From positions 15,891 to 79,890 of the forward strand of contig JACPFM010000024.1 in NCBI GenBank assembly GCA_016182965.1: 64,000 nucleotides of DNA, written 5' to 3'. This stretch comes from Deltaproteobacteria bacterium. Lineage in GTDB: Bacteria; Myxococcota_A; Polyangia; Polyangiales; JADJMO01. Position 1 is the first letter of the stretch; the number at the start of each line of letters is the position of its first letter. Shown in pieces: positions 8,780 to 18,623 of this stretch. The position numbers were made by a program, and so were the translations under genes. The notes beneath the pieces are model-generated. The model ran no database searches. It had not been told where the DNA came from and saw only the letters and a program-made list of their open reading frames with translations.

Positions 8780-9265
8780 CTACATCTCGTCCGCGCGCCG
8801 CTGCCACATGTACAGGATCGGCTGGAACACGAGATCGGCGAAGCCGAAGAACGTGAGCAGGATGAACGTGAAGCCGAAGACGACCTGCGCCGGGCGCAGC
8901 ACCGCGTCGCCCACCGGCGCGGCCGACTGGTTGCGCGTGAAGAAGAAGACGGCGAGCGCGCATACCACCGACCCGGCCGCCGAGAGCATCCCGCGGGCGA
9001 GGCTCGGCGCGCGCATCAGCCACCAGCCGAGCCCCGCGACGGTGCCGGCGAACACGACCGGCAACGGCGATCCTGCCGCGAGCTGAAGCCCCGACCGCGG
9101 GACCCCCGCCTGGATCTGCCAGGTCTGCAGGTACGTCGCGACGAGGACGACCCCAGCCGTGACGCGGAGCACGCCGATGAGGCGCACCAGCGACAAGAGC
9201 ACGCCCTTGAGGTGGACGTCGCGCAGCGGACGATCGGGAGCGGCGATGAGCGCCATCGCCCCCAC
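8780..9265 (-). CDS. hypothetical integral membrane protein (about 4 TM)
   Basis: 161-aa ORF with four hydrophobic stretches (VLLSLVRLIGVL.., GSPLPVVFAGTVAGLGWWL, AAGSVVCALAVFFF, VVFGFTFILLTFFGF). First gene of a tightly spaced minus-strand cluster. Confidence 0.5.
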   Translation of the reverse strand: MGAMALIAAPDRPLRDVHLKGVLLSLVRLIGVLRVTAGVVLVATYLQTWQIQAGVPRSGLQLAAGSPLPVVFAGTVAGLGWWLMRAPSLARGMLSAAGSVVCALAVFFFTRNQSAAPVGDAVLRPAQVVFGFTFILLTFFGFADLVFQPILYMWQRRADEM

Positions 9266-9330
9266 TTAGACGCACGCGCGCGCGCCGGAAAGGCGCCCGC
9301 CCGAGGGGCCTCTGGTACAGTCCGCGGCGG

Positions 9331-10218
9331 ATGGACGACGCGGCTCCCGAGAGCGGGGAACGGAACGGTCGCGAGGGCCGCGCCGGCGGCGCGCCCGACT
9401 CACGGGGTCGCCTCGATCCGCGCCTGCCGCTCGGCGTCTTCGACAGCGGCCTCGGAGGCCTGACGGTCGTGCGCGAGATCGCCGCCGCCCTCCCCGGCGA
9501 GCGCATCCTCTACCTCGGCGACACCGCGCGCGTCCCCTACGGCACCCGCTCCGCGGCGACGGTCGTGCGCTACGCGCAGGGCTGCGCGCGCGCGCTCGTC
9601 GACCGCGGCGTCAAGGCGCTGGTGGTCGCGTGCAACACGGTGAGCGCCGTCGCGCTCGACGTGCTCCGCGCCGATCTCGATCTGCCGGTGATCGGCGTGA
9701 TCGAGCCGGGCGCGCGCGCCGCCGTCTCCGCGTCGCGCCGGCTGCGCATCGGCGTGCTCGGGACCACCGGCACCGTCGCCTCCGGCGCCTACCCGCGCGC
9801 GGTCCTCTCGGTCTCGACCCGCGCCGAGATCGTCGCGCACCCGGCGCCGCTGCTCGTGCCGCTCGTCGAGGAGGGCTGGCTCGACGGCGAGGTCCCGCGG
9901 CTGGCCGTCCGCCGCTACCTCGAGCCGCTCGCGCGCGCCGACGTCGACGTGATCGTCCTCGGCTGCACGCACTACCCGCTCCTCCGCCCGATCATCGAGG
10001 AAGAGGCGCGCGCGATGATGGGCGACGTGCAGGTGGTCGACAGCGCGCACGCGACGGCCGCCGAGCTCGCGGGGCTCCTCGCGGAGCGCTCGCTGGCGAT
10101 CCCCGAGCCGCGCGGCGACATCGAGCTCCTGGTCACCGATCGCCCGCGCTCCTTCGCCGAGGTGACCACGCGCTTCCTCGGCGGCCCGCCGCGCGAGGTG
10201 CACGTGATCGATCTGTAG
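9331..10218 (+). CDS. murI: glutamate racemase
   Basis: GVFDSGLGGLTV, YLGDTARVPYG, VVACNTVSA (catalytic Cys), VLGCTHYPLL (second Cys). Has a roughly 35-aa N-terminal extension. Confidence 0.9.
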   Translation: MDDAAPESGERNGREGRAGGAPDSRGRLDPRLPLGVFDSGLGGLTVVREIAAALPGERILYLGDTARVPYGTRSAATVVRYAQGCARALVDRGVKALVVACNTVSAVALDVLRADLDLPVIGVIEPGARAAVSASRRLRIGVLGTTGTVASGAYPRAVLSVSTRAEIVAHPAPLLVPLVEEGWLDGEVPRLAVRRYLEPLARADVDVIVLGCTHYPLLRPIIEEEARAMMGDVQVVDSAHATAAELAGLLAERSLAIPEPRGDIELLVTDRPRSFAEVTTRFLGGPPREVHVIDL

Positions 10219-10267
10219 CGGCGCCACCGTAGCCTTGGGCTTCGAGCGCGCGGCCAGCGTCGAGCGA

Positions 10268-10283
10268 CGTGCCGCCCGGCACG
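10268..10283 (+). terminator. GC hairpin downstream of murI (possible terminator)
   Basis: CGTGCC-GCCC-GGCACG, a 6-bp stem with 4-nt loop about 50 nt after the murI stop. No U-tract. Confidence 0.25.
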
Positions 10284-10419
10284 CCTCTGGGGGCTCGTGC
10301 GGACGGGCCGCGGTCCGGCATCGAGGCCGAGCGGCATCGCGCGCCTCGGCGAGCGGAAAAGGCGCGTTCGGCGCGCGCGGGCTGAGCTCCGACTTCTTGG
10401 CGACCGGGCCGCGACGGTA

Positions 10420-11058
10420 TCACGCGTCGTTTGAGCGGACCGCGCGGAGATCTTCGAACGCGGGGTGTCGGGGAATCCCGACCAACGCGTCGGAGATCCA
10501 CAAAGGCAGCTCCGCGTAGACCTTCCGGATGGCCCCGTCGCTGCAGCGCACGCACAGGAGAGCGTCGACGCCGTCGCGCGAGTTGTCGAAGACGTATGCG
10601 CGGTGCGCCAACGGAAGGGCGGCCGTGAGGTTCACGATGGATTTCTCGTAGCGAGAGATGATCTTCTCGATCGGCACGCTATGCCCCCCCGACATCACGC
10701 GCTGGGTGACGCGTGCGGCGTTGATCGTCGGGCTCTCGGTGCCGACGAAGAAGAGGCGCACGAAGTAGCCGGCGCTCCTGGCGCGACGAATGAACTCCAA
10801 CTTGTCCGGCGCGGACAGTACCGTCTCGAACGCGATGCCACGCTCGTTGGCCAGGAGCTCCTCTCGGCGATTCTCCGCCCATCGCGCAGCGTCGAGCACC
10901 GCACGGGTCGAATTCCAATCACCAAAGCGGTCCCGAGCGATCTCGTCCGGGTTGATGTACTCGACGCCCTCGCTCCAGCGGTCTTCTCGTAGCCGCTCGG
11001 TCACCGTCGTCTTGCCGGCTCCGTTCGGTCCGGCCACGACGATCAGGACCGGACTCAC
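10420..11058 (-). CDS. zeta-toxin-like P-loop kinase (COG4185-type), putative toxin
   Basis: VVAGPNGAGKTT Walker A, INPDEIA, FETVLS, GYFVRLFFVGTESPTINAARVTQRVMSGGHSVPIEKIISRYEKS, VFDNS. This matches the zeta toxin / predicted ABC-type ATPase family pattern. Local GC is visibly lower than in flanking genes. Confidence 0.85.
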   Translation of the reverse strand: MSPVLIVVAGPNGAGKTTVTERLREDRWSEGVEYINPDEIARDRFGDWNSTRAVLDAARWAENRREELLANERGIAFETVLSAPDKLEFIRRARSAGYFVRLFFVGTESPTINAARVTQRVMSGGHSVPIEKIISRYEKSIVNLTAALPLAHRAYVFDNSRDGVDALLCVRCSDGAIRKVYAELPLWISDALVGIPRHPAFEDLRAVRSNDA

Positions 11059-11279
11059 TTCTTCTCCGGAGTCGATGGCGATGTCCCGGTCGCCCGAGCA
11101 CGGGCCTCGGCCATGCGCTCCCGCATCTCTCGTTCAGCGAGCGCACGGCGTGCGGTGACGCCTTGAAACGCGCGATGCATCAGCTCACGGAGCTCCTCGT
11201 CCGTCGGCTCGTAGTTCGGGTCAGCGAGGTTCCGGTCAGCCACCGGACAATGGTAAGGCCTCGACGAGGATGGCGCCAA
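11055..11279 (-). CDS. putative antitoxin (small charged helical protein)
   Basis: 74-aa ORF overlapping the toxin start by 4 nt. No family recognised. The start codon is uncertain (TTG at 11279; an internal GTG is possible). Confidence 0.4.
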   Translation of the reverse strand: MAPSSSRPYHCPVADRNLADPNYEPTDEELRELMHRAFQGVTARRALAEREMRERMAEARARATGTSPSTPEKK

Positions 11280-11291
11280 TGCGCGAGCGGC

Positions 11292-12539
11292 TCAACGTCT
11301 AGCGCCGCAGCCGACGCCGCGAAAGACGCGAGCGCGGTCGACGATCACGTCCGGGCAGCCGTCGCAGTCGATGTCCCCGACCACCACGTCGGACGAATCC
11401 ACCTCGCGACCGAGGGGAACGCTCGGACCGGCGATGCGTGAGCTGCCCCGTCCGAAGAACAGCGACAGCGCGGTGTTCACGCCGTCCTCGTCGCGGACGA
11501 CCGTCGCGAAGTCGGCCTGTCCGTCGCCGTCGACGTCGCGCGCGGCGATGGCGAGCGTGTCGCGCGGCCGCCGCGACGGAGCCCACGGCAGCTCGGCGAA
11601 CCCACCCGACGGCTGTTGTCGGACGACGAGGGCCCCCGGTCCGTAGAGCTCCAGCGTACGCACCCCGACGACCAGATCGATCAAGCCGTCGCCGTCCATG
11701 TCGGCGACGTTCAGGGCGCGGTAGGACGCCGGCGTCGAGGCGTGGGTCGATCGCGCGAGATCCCAGGCACCGGCGGCGCTGCGGTGCAGGACGCCGAGGT
11801 ACGGGTCGTTCACGAGGACGGCGAGCTCGAGCCCCGGCGTCGAATCGATGTCGGCGAGCACGACGCCCTGCACGGCGATGCGCGGATCGTGGCCCGTGAA
11901 GCTCACCGAGTCCTGCCGCGGAAACGCTCCGGTTGCGTCGCCGAAGAACGTGGTGATCCGCAGCGAATCGCGGATGGAGACCACGACGTCGTCGAGGCCG
12001 TCTCCGTCTACGTCCCCCACCGTCAGCTCGTTGGGATCGGCAGCCTTCGTGCGATTCACGACCTCGATCGCTCCGGTCGCACCGATGCGCAGCGTGACCA
12101 GCGCGCTTCGATTGGCCACGACGAACGCGGGTCGACCTCCCAGGGTGATGAGCGCGAGTGCGTGACCGCCCGAGCCGACGCGCAGCGGCGCGCCGAAGCC
12201 GCCGTCCGCCCGTTGCGGAAGGACCCAGGAGCCGGTCTCGGAGACACCGACCACGTCTGCTCGCCCGTCTCCGGTGACGTCACCGATCGCGACGCCCGAC
12301 GCCGAATCGGGCAGCGGCATCGACTCCACGAGCCGGTAGTCGACCGCCGGCGCCGGCCGGAGCGGCGACCCGAGCCCGTTCGACCGACACCCCTCCGTCA
12401 CGATCGGCGGACCATCGAGCGCGACGTCGGCCCCCCCATCGACCGCCGCGTCGTCCGCGGGTGCGTCGCCACCCGATAGGCCGCTGCGTGCACCGCAGCC
12501 GGCGAACACGAGGGCCAAGACGACGATTGCGCGGTTCAT
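11292..12539 (-). CDS. FG-GAP/VCBS repeat lipoprotein
   Basis: ATG at 12539: MNRAIVVLALVFAGCGA lipobox. Repeated DVTGDGRADVV, DVDGDGLDDVV, DMDGDGLIDLV, DVDGDGQADF, DIDCDGCPDV Ca-binding loops. The upstream part of track ORF 11292..13484 is shadow frame of the kinase gene. Confidence 0.8.
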   Translation of the reverse strand: MNRAIVVLALVFAGCGARSGLSGGDAPADDAAVDGGADVALDGPPIVTEGCRSNGLGSPLRPAPAVDYRLVESMPLPDSASGVAIGDVTGDGRADVVGVSETGSWVLPQRADGGFGAPLRVGSGGHALALITLGGRPAFVVANRSALVTLRIGATGAIEVVNRTKAADPNELTVGDVDGDGLDDVVVSIRDSLRITTFFGDATGAFPRQDSVSFTGHDPRIAVQGVVLADIDSTPGLELAVLVNDPYLGVLHRSAAGAWDLARSTHASTPASYRALNVADMDGDGLIDLVVGVRTLELYGPGALVVRQQPSGGFAELPWAPSRRPRDTLAIAARDVDGDGQADFATVVRDEDGVNTALSLFFGRGSSRIAGPSVPLGREVDSSDVVVGDIDCDGCPDVIVDRARVFRGVGCGARR

Positions 12540-12657
12540 GGCCAGGCCGGATCCTGCCACTTCCCTGTTCGGCGCTCCACCGCTCCGCGCCGGATTCCAA
12601 CGGTCGAGTTCAGGAAGCGACACTCTCGGTCGCACAACGATGGCGCCGTCACTCTCG

Positions 12658-12680
12658 GACCGACGACTGACGACTCGCGC
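12658..12680. repeat. solitary short copy of the TGACGAC heptamer motif
   Basis: gaccgacgactgacgactcgcgcg. It shares the string CGACTGACGACTCGCGCG with 37031-37048. In minus-strand mRNA sense it is the GTCGTCA-type arm, beginning 12 nt after the kinase stop (12689-12691). Confidence 0.7.
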
Positions 12681-12688
12681 GTGAGCGG

Positions 12689-13984
12689 CTACCTCCGCGC
12701 GACGAGCACCAGGATCACGATCAACAGCACGACCACGAGCGCGATCAGCGCGGTGTTCGTCTTGTTCGCGGGCGGGGCAGGACCGGGGACAGGCTGCGGC
12801 TGCGGCGGCGGGGGCGCGCTCGAGACCATCGTCTCGGCTGGCGGCGGCGCGGGCGGCATCGGGCTCGCCAGCGTGCCGCTCGACGGCGCCGCCGGTAGCG
12901 CGCCGGCGCTCGCCAGCGTTCCGCTCGAAGGCATGGGCTCGCGCAGGGCGACACCGCTCGCCGGCTCGGGCGCGCGCCGGGTCGAGACGTCCTCCTCCCG
13001 CGGACGCGGCGCGGGCGGGGCCAGCGACGCGCGGGCGGCGCGCTTCGCGCCGAGCACGCCGCTCTCGCGCAGGCCGAGCGCGTCGCGCAGCGCCGCGCGC
13101 ATCTCGCGCGCGTCCGCGAAGCGCGCCTTGGGATCCTTCTCGAGCGCGCGGAGGCAGATCGCTTCCAGCGCAGGATCCGCCGCCGCGCGCAGCGTCGTCG
13201 GCGGCGTGGGCTTCTGGTTGATGTGCGCGAGGAGCAGCTTGACGCTGTTCGACGACTTGAACGGCAGCTGCCCGGTGAGCATGTGATAGAGGATCACGCC
13301 GACCGAGTAGAGATCGCTCCGGCCGTCGAGCGGATCGCCCTTCGCCTGCTCCGGCGCCATGTAGTCGGGCGTGCCGACGAGCGAGCCCGCGATGGTGAGC
13401 GTCGCGGTCGCGGTCGCGGGCGGCTGCGTCGGATCCTTCGGCGGCTCCTGCGTCTTGACCTGCTTCGCGATGCCGAAGTCGCATAGCTTCACGATCTCGG
13501 CCGCGTCGCCGTCGTCGTCCCGACCGACGACGACCATCACGTTCTCCGGCTTGAGATCGCGGTGGACGATGCGCGCGTCGTGCATCACGGCGAGCGCGGC
13601 GAGGAGCTGACCGATCAGCTCGGCGACGCGCGTGCGATCGAGCGGGAAGTCGTCCTTCATGATCGCGCTCAGCGGCCGACCGTCGATCAGCTCCATCGCG
13701 ATGTAGAGGAGATCGCCGTCCTCGCCGAAATCGATCACCCGCATGAGGTTCGGGTGATCGAGCTGCGACGCGGCGTTCGCCTCGCGCTTGAACCGCGCGG
13801 CGTACGTCGGGTCATCGAGGAGCTCGGTGCGCAGCACCTTGATCGCGACCGCGCGGCGCAGGCTCTTCTGCCGCGCGCGGTACACGGCACCCATGCCGCC
13901 GCGACCGATCAAGCACTCGATCTCGAACTTGCCGTCGATCAGCCGCCCGATGAGCGGGTCGGTGGCGGGCTCGGGGCCGAACAT
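12689..13984 (-). CDS. Ser/Thr protein kinase with C-terminal TM anchor
   Basis: [40 protein letters not shown]. Pro/Ala-rich linker and terminal TM segment ALIALVVVLLIVILVLVARR. ATG at 13984 preferred over the GTG at 14005. Confidence 0.9.
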   Translation of the reverse strand: MFGPEPATDPLIGRLIDGKFEIECLIGRGGMGAVYRARQKSLRRAVAIKVLRTELLDDPTYAARFKREANAASQLDHPNLMRVIDFGEDGDLLYIAMELIDGRPLSAIMKDDFPLDRTRVAELIGQLLAALAVMHDARIVHRDLKPENVMVVVGRDDDGDAAEIVKLCDFGIAKQVKTQEPPKDPTQPPATATATLTIAGSLVGTPDYMAPEQAKGDPLDGRSDLYSVGVILYHMLTGQLPFKSSNSVKLLLAHINQKPTPPTTLRAAADPALEAICLRALEKDPKARFADAREMRAALRDALGLRESGVLGAKRAARASLAPPAPRPREEDVSTRRAPEPASGVALREPMPSSGTLASAGALPAAPSSGTLASPMPPAPPPAETMVSSAPPPPQPQPVPGPAPPANKTNTALIALVVVLLIVILVLVARR

Positions 13985-14196
13985 GCGGGCGCGAGAGTAG
14001 CGCACGGCGCGGGCCGTGGCCGCATGCGCCGCCGAGCCAGGGAATTTTGCGGTCCGTGCGCGGCGCTGCGTCGCTCGCCCGCCGCGCGCGCTCGAGGAGG
14101 CGATCGGGATGGGAGCGGATTACCGGGACCGTGCGTCGCTCGTGGTCGGGTCCGCGGCGAGACGACGCGGAGGCCGACGCCGGCTACCATTTGTCC

Positions 14197-14379
14197 GTGA
14201 ACCGCGCGCCGGTCCGCGCATGGGCGCTCGTCCTCCTTTCGATCGCGGTCGCGCTGTTCGTCTCGCCGCTGCGCGCGACGTGGGTCTCCGCCGCGCCGTG
14301 GTGGGCGATCCTGTTCGCGTGGGGCGCCGTGGCGGTGCTCGCGGTGCTCAGCGCCCGAAGGGCCGACGATGCGGAGTGA
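14197..14379 (+). CDS. small 2-TM membrane protein translationally coupled to the sensor kinase
   Basis: In-frame GTG at 14197 within track ORF 14047..14379 gives about 60 aa: VNRAPVRAWALVLLSIAVALFVSPLRATWVSAAPWWAILFAWGAVAVLAVLSARRADDAE. It overlaps the ATG of the next gene (14369) by 11 nt. The start is uncertain. Confidence 0.35.
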   Translation: MNRAPVRAWALVLLSIAVALFVSPLRATWVSAAPWWAILFAWGAVAVLAVLSARRADDAE

Positions 14380-17175
14380 CGTCGCGCTCCTCGCCGCCGG
14401 GACGATCGGTTACCTCGCGCTGCTCTTCTCCGTCGCGCGCGTCGTCGATCGCGGCGGACGCGCGGTGCACCTCGCCCGGAGCCCGGTCGTCCAGCTCCTC
14501 GCGCTCGGCATCTACGCGTCGACGTGGACCTTCTACGGCACCGTCGGGTTCGCCCGCCGCACCGGGTTTCTCTACCTCGCGATCTACCTCGGACCGACCA
14601 TCGCGTGCCTCGCCGCGCCCTTGATCTGGGAGCGGGTGCTGCGCGTGTCGCGCGAGCAACGGCTCTCGTCCGTGGCCGATCTGTTCGCCGCGCGCTTCCG
14701 GAGCCCCGCGGTGGGCGCGGCGGTCACCGTCCTCTCGGTGACCGCGAGCGTGCCGTACCTCGCGCAGCAGATCCGCGCCGTCGAGGACGCGACGACGGTC
14801 CTCGTCGGCACCTCCGCGCGAGGCGCCATCGCCGTCGGGTTCGCGGCCGTGCTCGCCGCGTTCGCGGTCCTCTTCGGCGCTCGCTCCAAGGAGCTGCACG
14901 AGCCGCGCGGCGGGCTGGTGGTCGCCGTCGCGCTCGAGTCGCTCGTGAAGCTCGTCGCCTTGATCGCGGTCGCGATCGTCGCCACCGCCGCGGTCGGCGG
15001 GCTCGGCGCGGTCGACGCGCGCCTGCGTGAGACCTCGCGCGCCGCGATCGGCGGTCCGACGTGGACGACGCTGATCCTGCTGTCGGCGTCGGCGTTCTTC
15101 CTGTTGCCGCGGCAGTTCCACGTCGCGTTCGCCGAGGGGAGCTCGCAGAAGACCTTCCGCCGGGCCACCGCGGGGTTCCCGCTGTACCTGCTCGCCACGG
15201 CGGCGACGTTCCCGTTCATCGTCGCGGCCGCGAACCAACACCCCGAGCTCGCGCCCGACGTCGTCGTGCTCGCGTTGCCGCGTCGGATGGGCGCGTCCGT
15301 CGTCACGCTCCTCGCGTTCCTCGGCGGCATCTCCGCCGCGTTCGCGATGGTCAGCGTCACGGCGATCGCGCTCGCGGCGATGGTGGTCCACCACCTCGTC
15401 CTCCCGCTCCGCCCGGCGCTGCTCCGGCACGACGCGTACGGGCGGGTGCGCAACCTGCGCGCCGCGCTGATCGTGGCGCTCGTCGCGTGCGGCCTCCTCT
15501 TCGCCTTGGCGCGCCCGCCGGGCGAGCCGCTCGCGGATTTCGGCCTCGTGTCGTTCGTCGCGTTCGCCCAGCTGCTCCCCGCGCTCGTGGCCGCCCTCTT
15601 CGCGCGCGGCGCGAGCGCCGTCGGCGTGCTCGCGGGCCTCGCCGCCGGGACCGTCGTGTGGGTGATGACCGCGCTGATCCCCTGGTTGTCGCGTGCGACA
15701 TCAGGTGTCGCCGATCCGTGGACCCTTCCCACGTGGGCATCGCTGGCGGCGAACGTCATCGGGCTGGCCGTCGGCTCGACGCTTCGCCCCCCGCGCGCGG
15801 AGGAGCGCGACGCGGCCGCCCGGTTCGTCGACGAGCCCCTCGCCGCGCACGCCCCCGGCGCCCTCGCCCGCTCGCCGCGCGAGTTCCTCGACGGGCTCGC
15901 GCCGCTGCTCGGCGAGGCGACGGCGCGGGCGGAGGTCGAGCGCGCGTGCCGCGAGCTCGGGCTCGGCCTCGAGGAGCGGAGGCCGGAGGCCCTGCGGGCG
16001 ATCCGCGACCGACTGCTGCAGAACCTCTCGCGCGTGGTCGGACCGATCGTCGCGCGCACGATCGTCGACGCCGCCGTCGACGCGACGAGCGATCCCGGCG
16101 ATCGGCTGCGCGAGCTCGACGCGCGCCTGGCGGTGGCCGGGCCGCTGTCCGGCGCCGCGGCCGAGATCGATCGCGTGCGCCGGCACCTCCGCGCCGTCGT
16201 CGATCGGCTCCCCATGGGCGTCTGCGTCGTCGACGGCGAGCGGAGGGTCGTGCTGTGGAGCGAGGCGCTCGCGCACCTCACCTCGGTCGTGCCCGAAGCG
16301 GCCGTCGGCCTCGGGCTGCTCACGCTGCCTGCCCCGTGGGGCTCGCTCCTCGACGAAGAGCTCGACCGCGGCGTCGACGCCGAGGTGCAGGTCGGCAGCC
16401 GTCGGGTGCGGGTGCGGCGCGCGCGCCTCGAGGGCGACGACGGCCGATTCGACCTCTTGCTCGTCGAAGACATGACCGAGCGCCGCGCGCTCGAGGACGA
16501 GCTCGTGCACCGCGATCGCCTCGCCGCGATCGGGCGGCTCGCCGCGGGCGTCGCCCACGAGATCGGCAACCCGCTGACCGGGATCACCTCCCTCGTGCAG
16601 AACCTCCGCGACGACGTCGACGACGACGCGCGCGCCCGCCTCGATCTCGTGCTCACCGAGTCGAGGCGCATCGCCGCGATCGTGCGGGCCCTGCTCGGCT
16701 ACAGCCGCAACGCCCCGGAGGCGCTCGACCGGAGGCCCGTCTCGCTGCGCGAGATCGCCGAGGAGGCGGCGCGGCTCGTGCGGCTCGATCGGGAGCGCGC
16801 CGCCACCCGGACGACGATCGACCTCGCCGACGACCTCGTCGTCGTGGGCGATCGACCGCGTTTGACGCAGCTCGTCGTCAACCTGCTGACCAACGCGTGC
16901 GACGCAGCGCCGAGCGGGACCGTTCGCGTGAGCGGTGAGCGGGACGGCGACGCCGTGGTCCTGCGGATCGCCGACGACGGCGCCGGGATGCCCGAGTCGG
17001 TTCGTGCGCGGATCTTCGAGCCGTTCTTCACGACCAAGCCCGTCGGGCGCGGGACCGGCCTCGGGCTGTCGCTGGTCGAGGCGATCGCGCGCGCGCACGG
17101 CGGCACCGTCGACGTGCAAAGCGTCGAGGGACGCGGTACCACGATGATCGTCCGCATGCCTTCCGCCGGAGCCGG

Positions 17176-17179
<4 letters not shown>
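14369..17179 (+). CDS. sodium:solute-symporter-domain sensor histidine kinase (CbrA/CrbS-like)
   Basis: The N-terminal roughly 480 aa is polytopic and SSF-like. It is followed by a PAS-like region and H-box AHEIGNPLTGI, then N/G boxes NLLTNACDA, DDGAGM, GTGLGLSLV. Confidence 0.9.
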
Positions 17180-18474
<1,295 letters not shown>

Positions 18475-18482
18475 GGAGAATC

Positions 18483-18504
18483 CCCCCGGACTTCAGTCCG
18501 GGGG
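18483..18504 (+). terminator. stem-loop immediately after the response-regulator gene
   Basis: CCCCCGGAC-TTCA-GTCCGGGGG: perfect 9-bp stem and 4-nt loop, starting 9 nt after the stop. No U-tract (common in GC-rich genomes). Confidence 0.5.
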
Positions 18505-18514
18505 ACTCGCCTTG

Positions 18515-18529
18515 GTTACCGAACGTAAC
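18515..18529. promoter_or_regulatory. AT-rich inverted repeat GTTAC-N5-GTAAC, candidate enhancer-binding-protein site
   Basis: GTTACCGAACGTAAC lies about 70 nt upstream of the sigma54-like element. It is an AT-rich dyad in an otherwise GC-rich spacer. Assignment as a UAS is inference only. Confidence 0.25.
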
Positions 18530-18594
18530 GGGCGACGTTCCCCTTCCACCCGCGCGACGCAGCGCGTGAGCGGGAATCCTCGCGGATCGTCTCT

Positions 18595-18609
18595 GGCGCG
18601 CGCGTTGCG
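18595..18609 (+). promoter_or_regulatory. sigma54-type promoter (-24 GG / -12 GC)
   Basis: TGGCGC-GCGCG-TTGC matches TGGCAC-N5-TTGC with exact GG/GC spacing. It sits downstream of a sigma54 activator gene and upstream of the porin-acs-actP genes. Caveat: the -12 element is only about 14 nt from the porin ATG. Confidence 0.45.
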
Positions 18610-18623
18610 AAGAGCTCTCGCGC

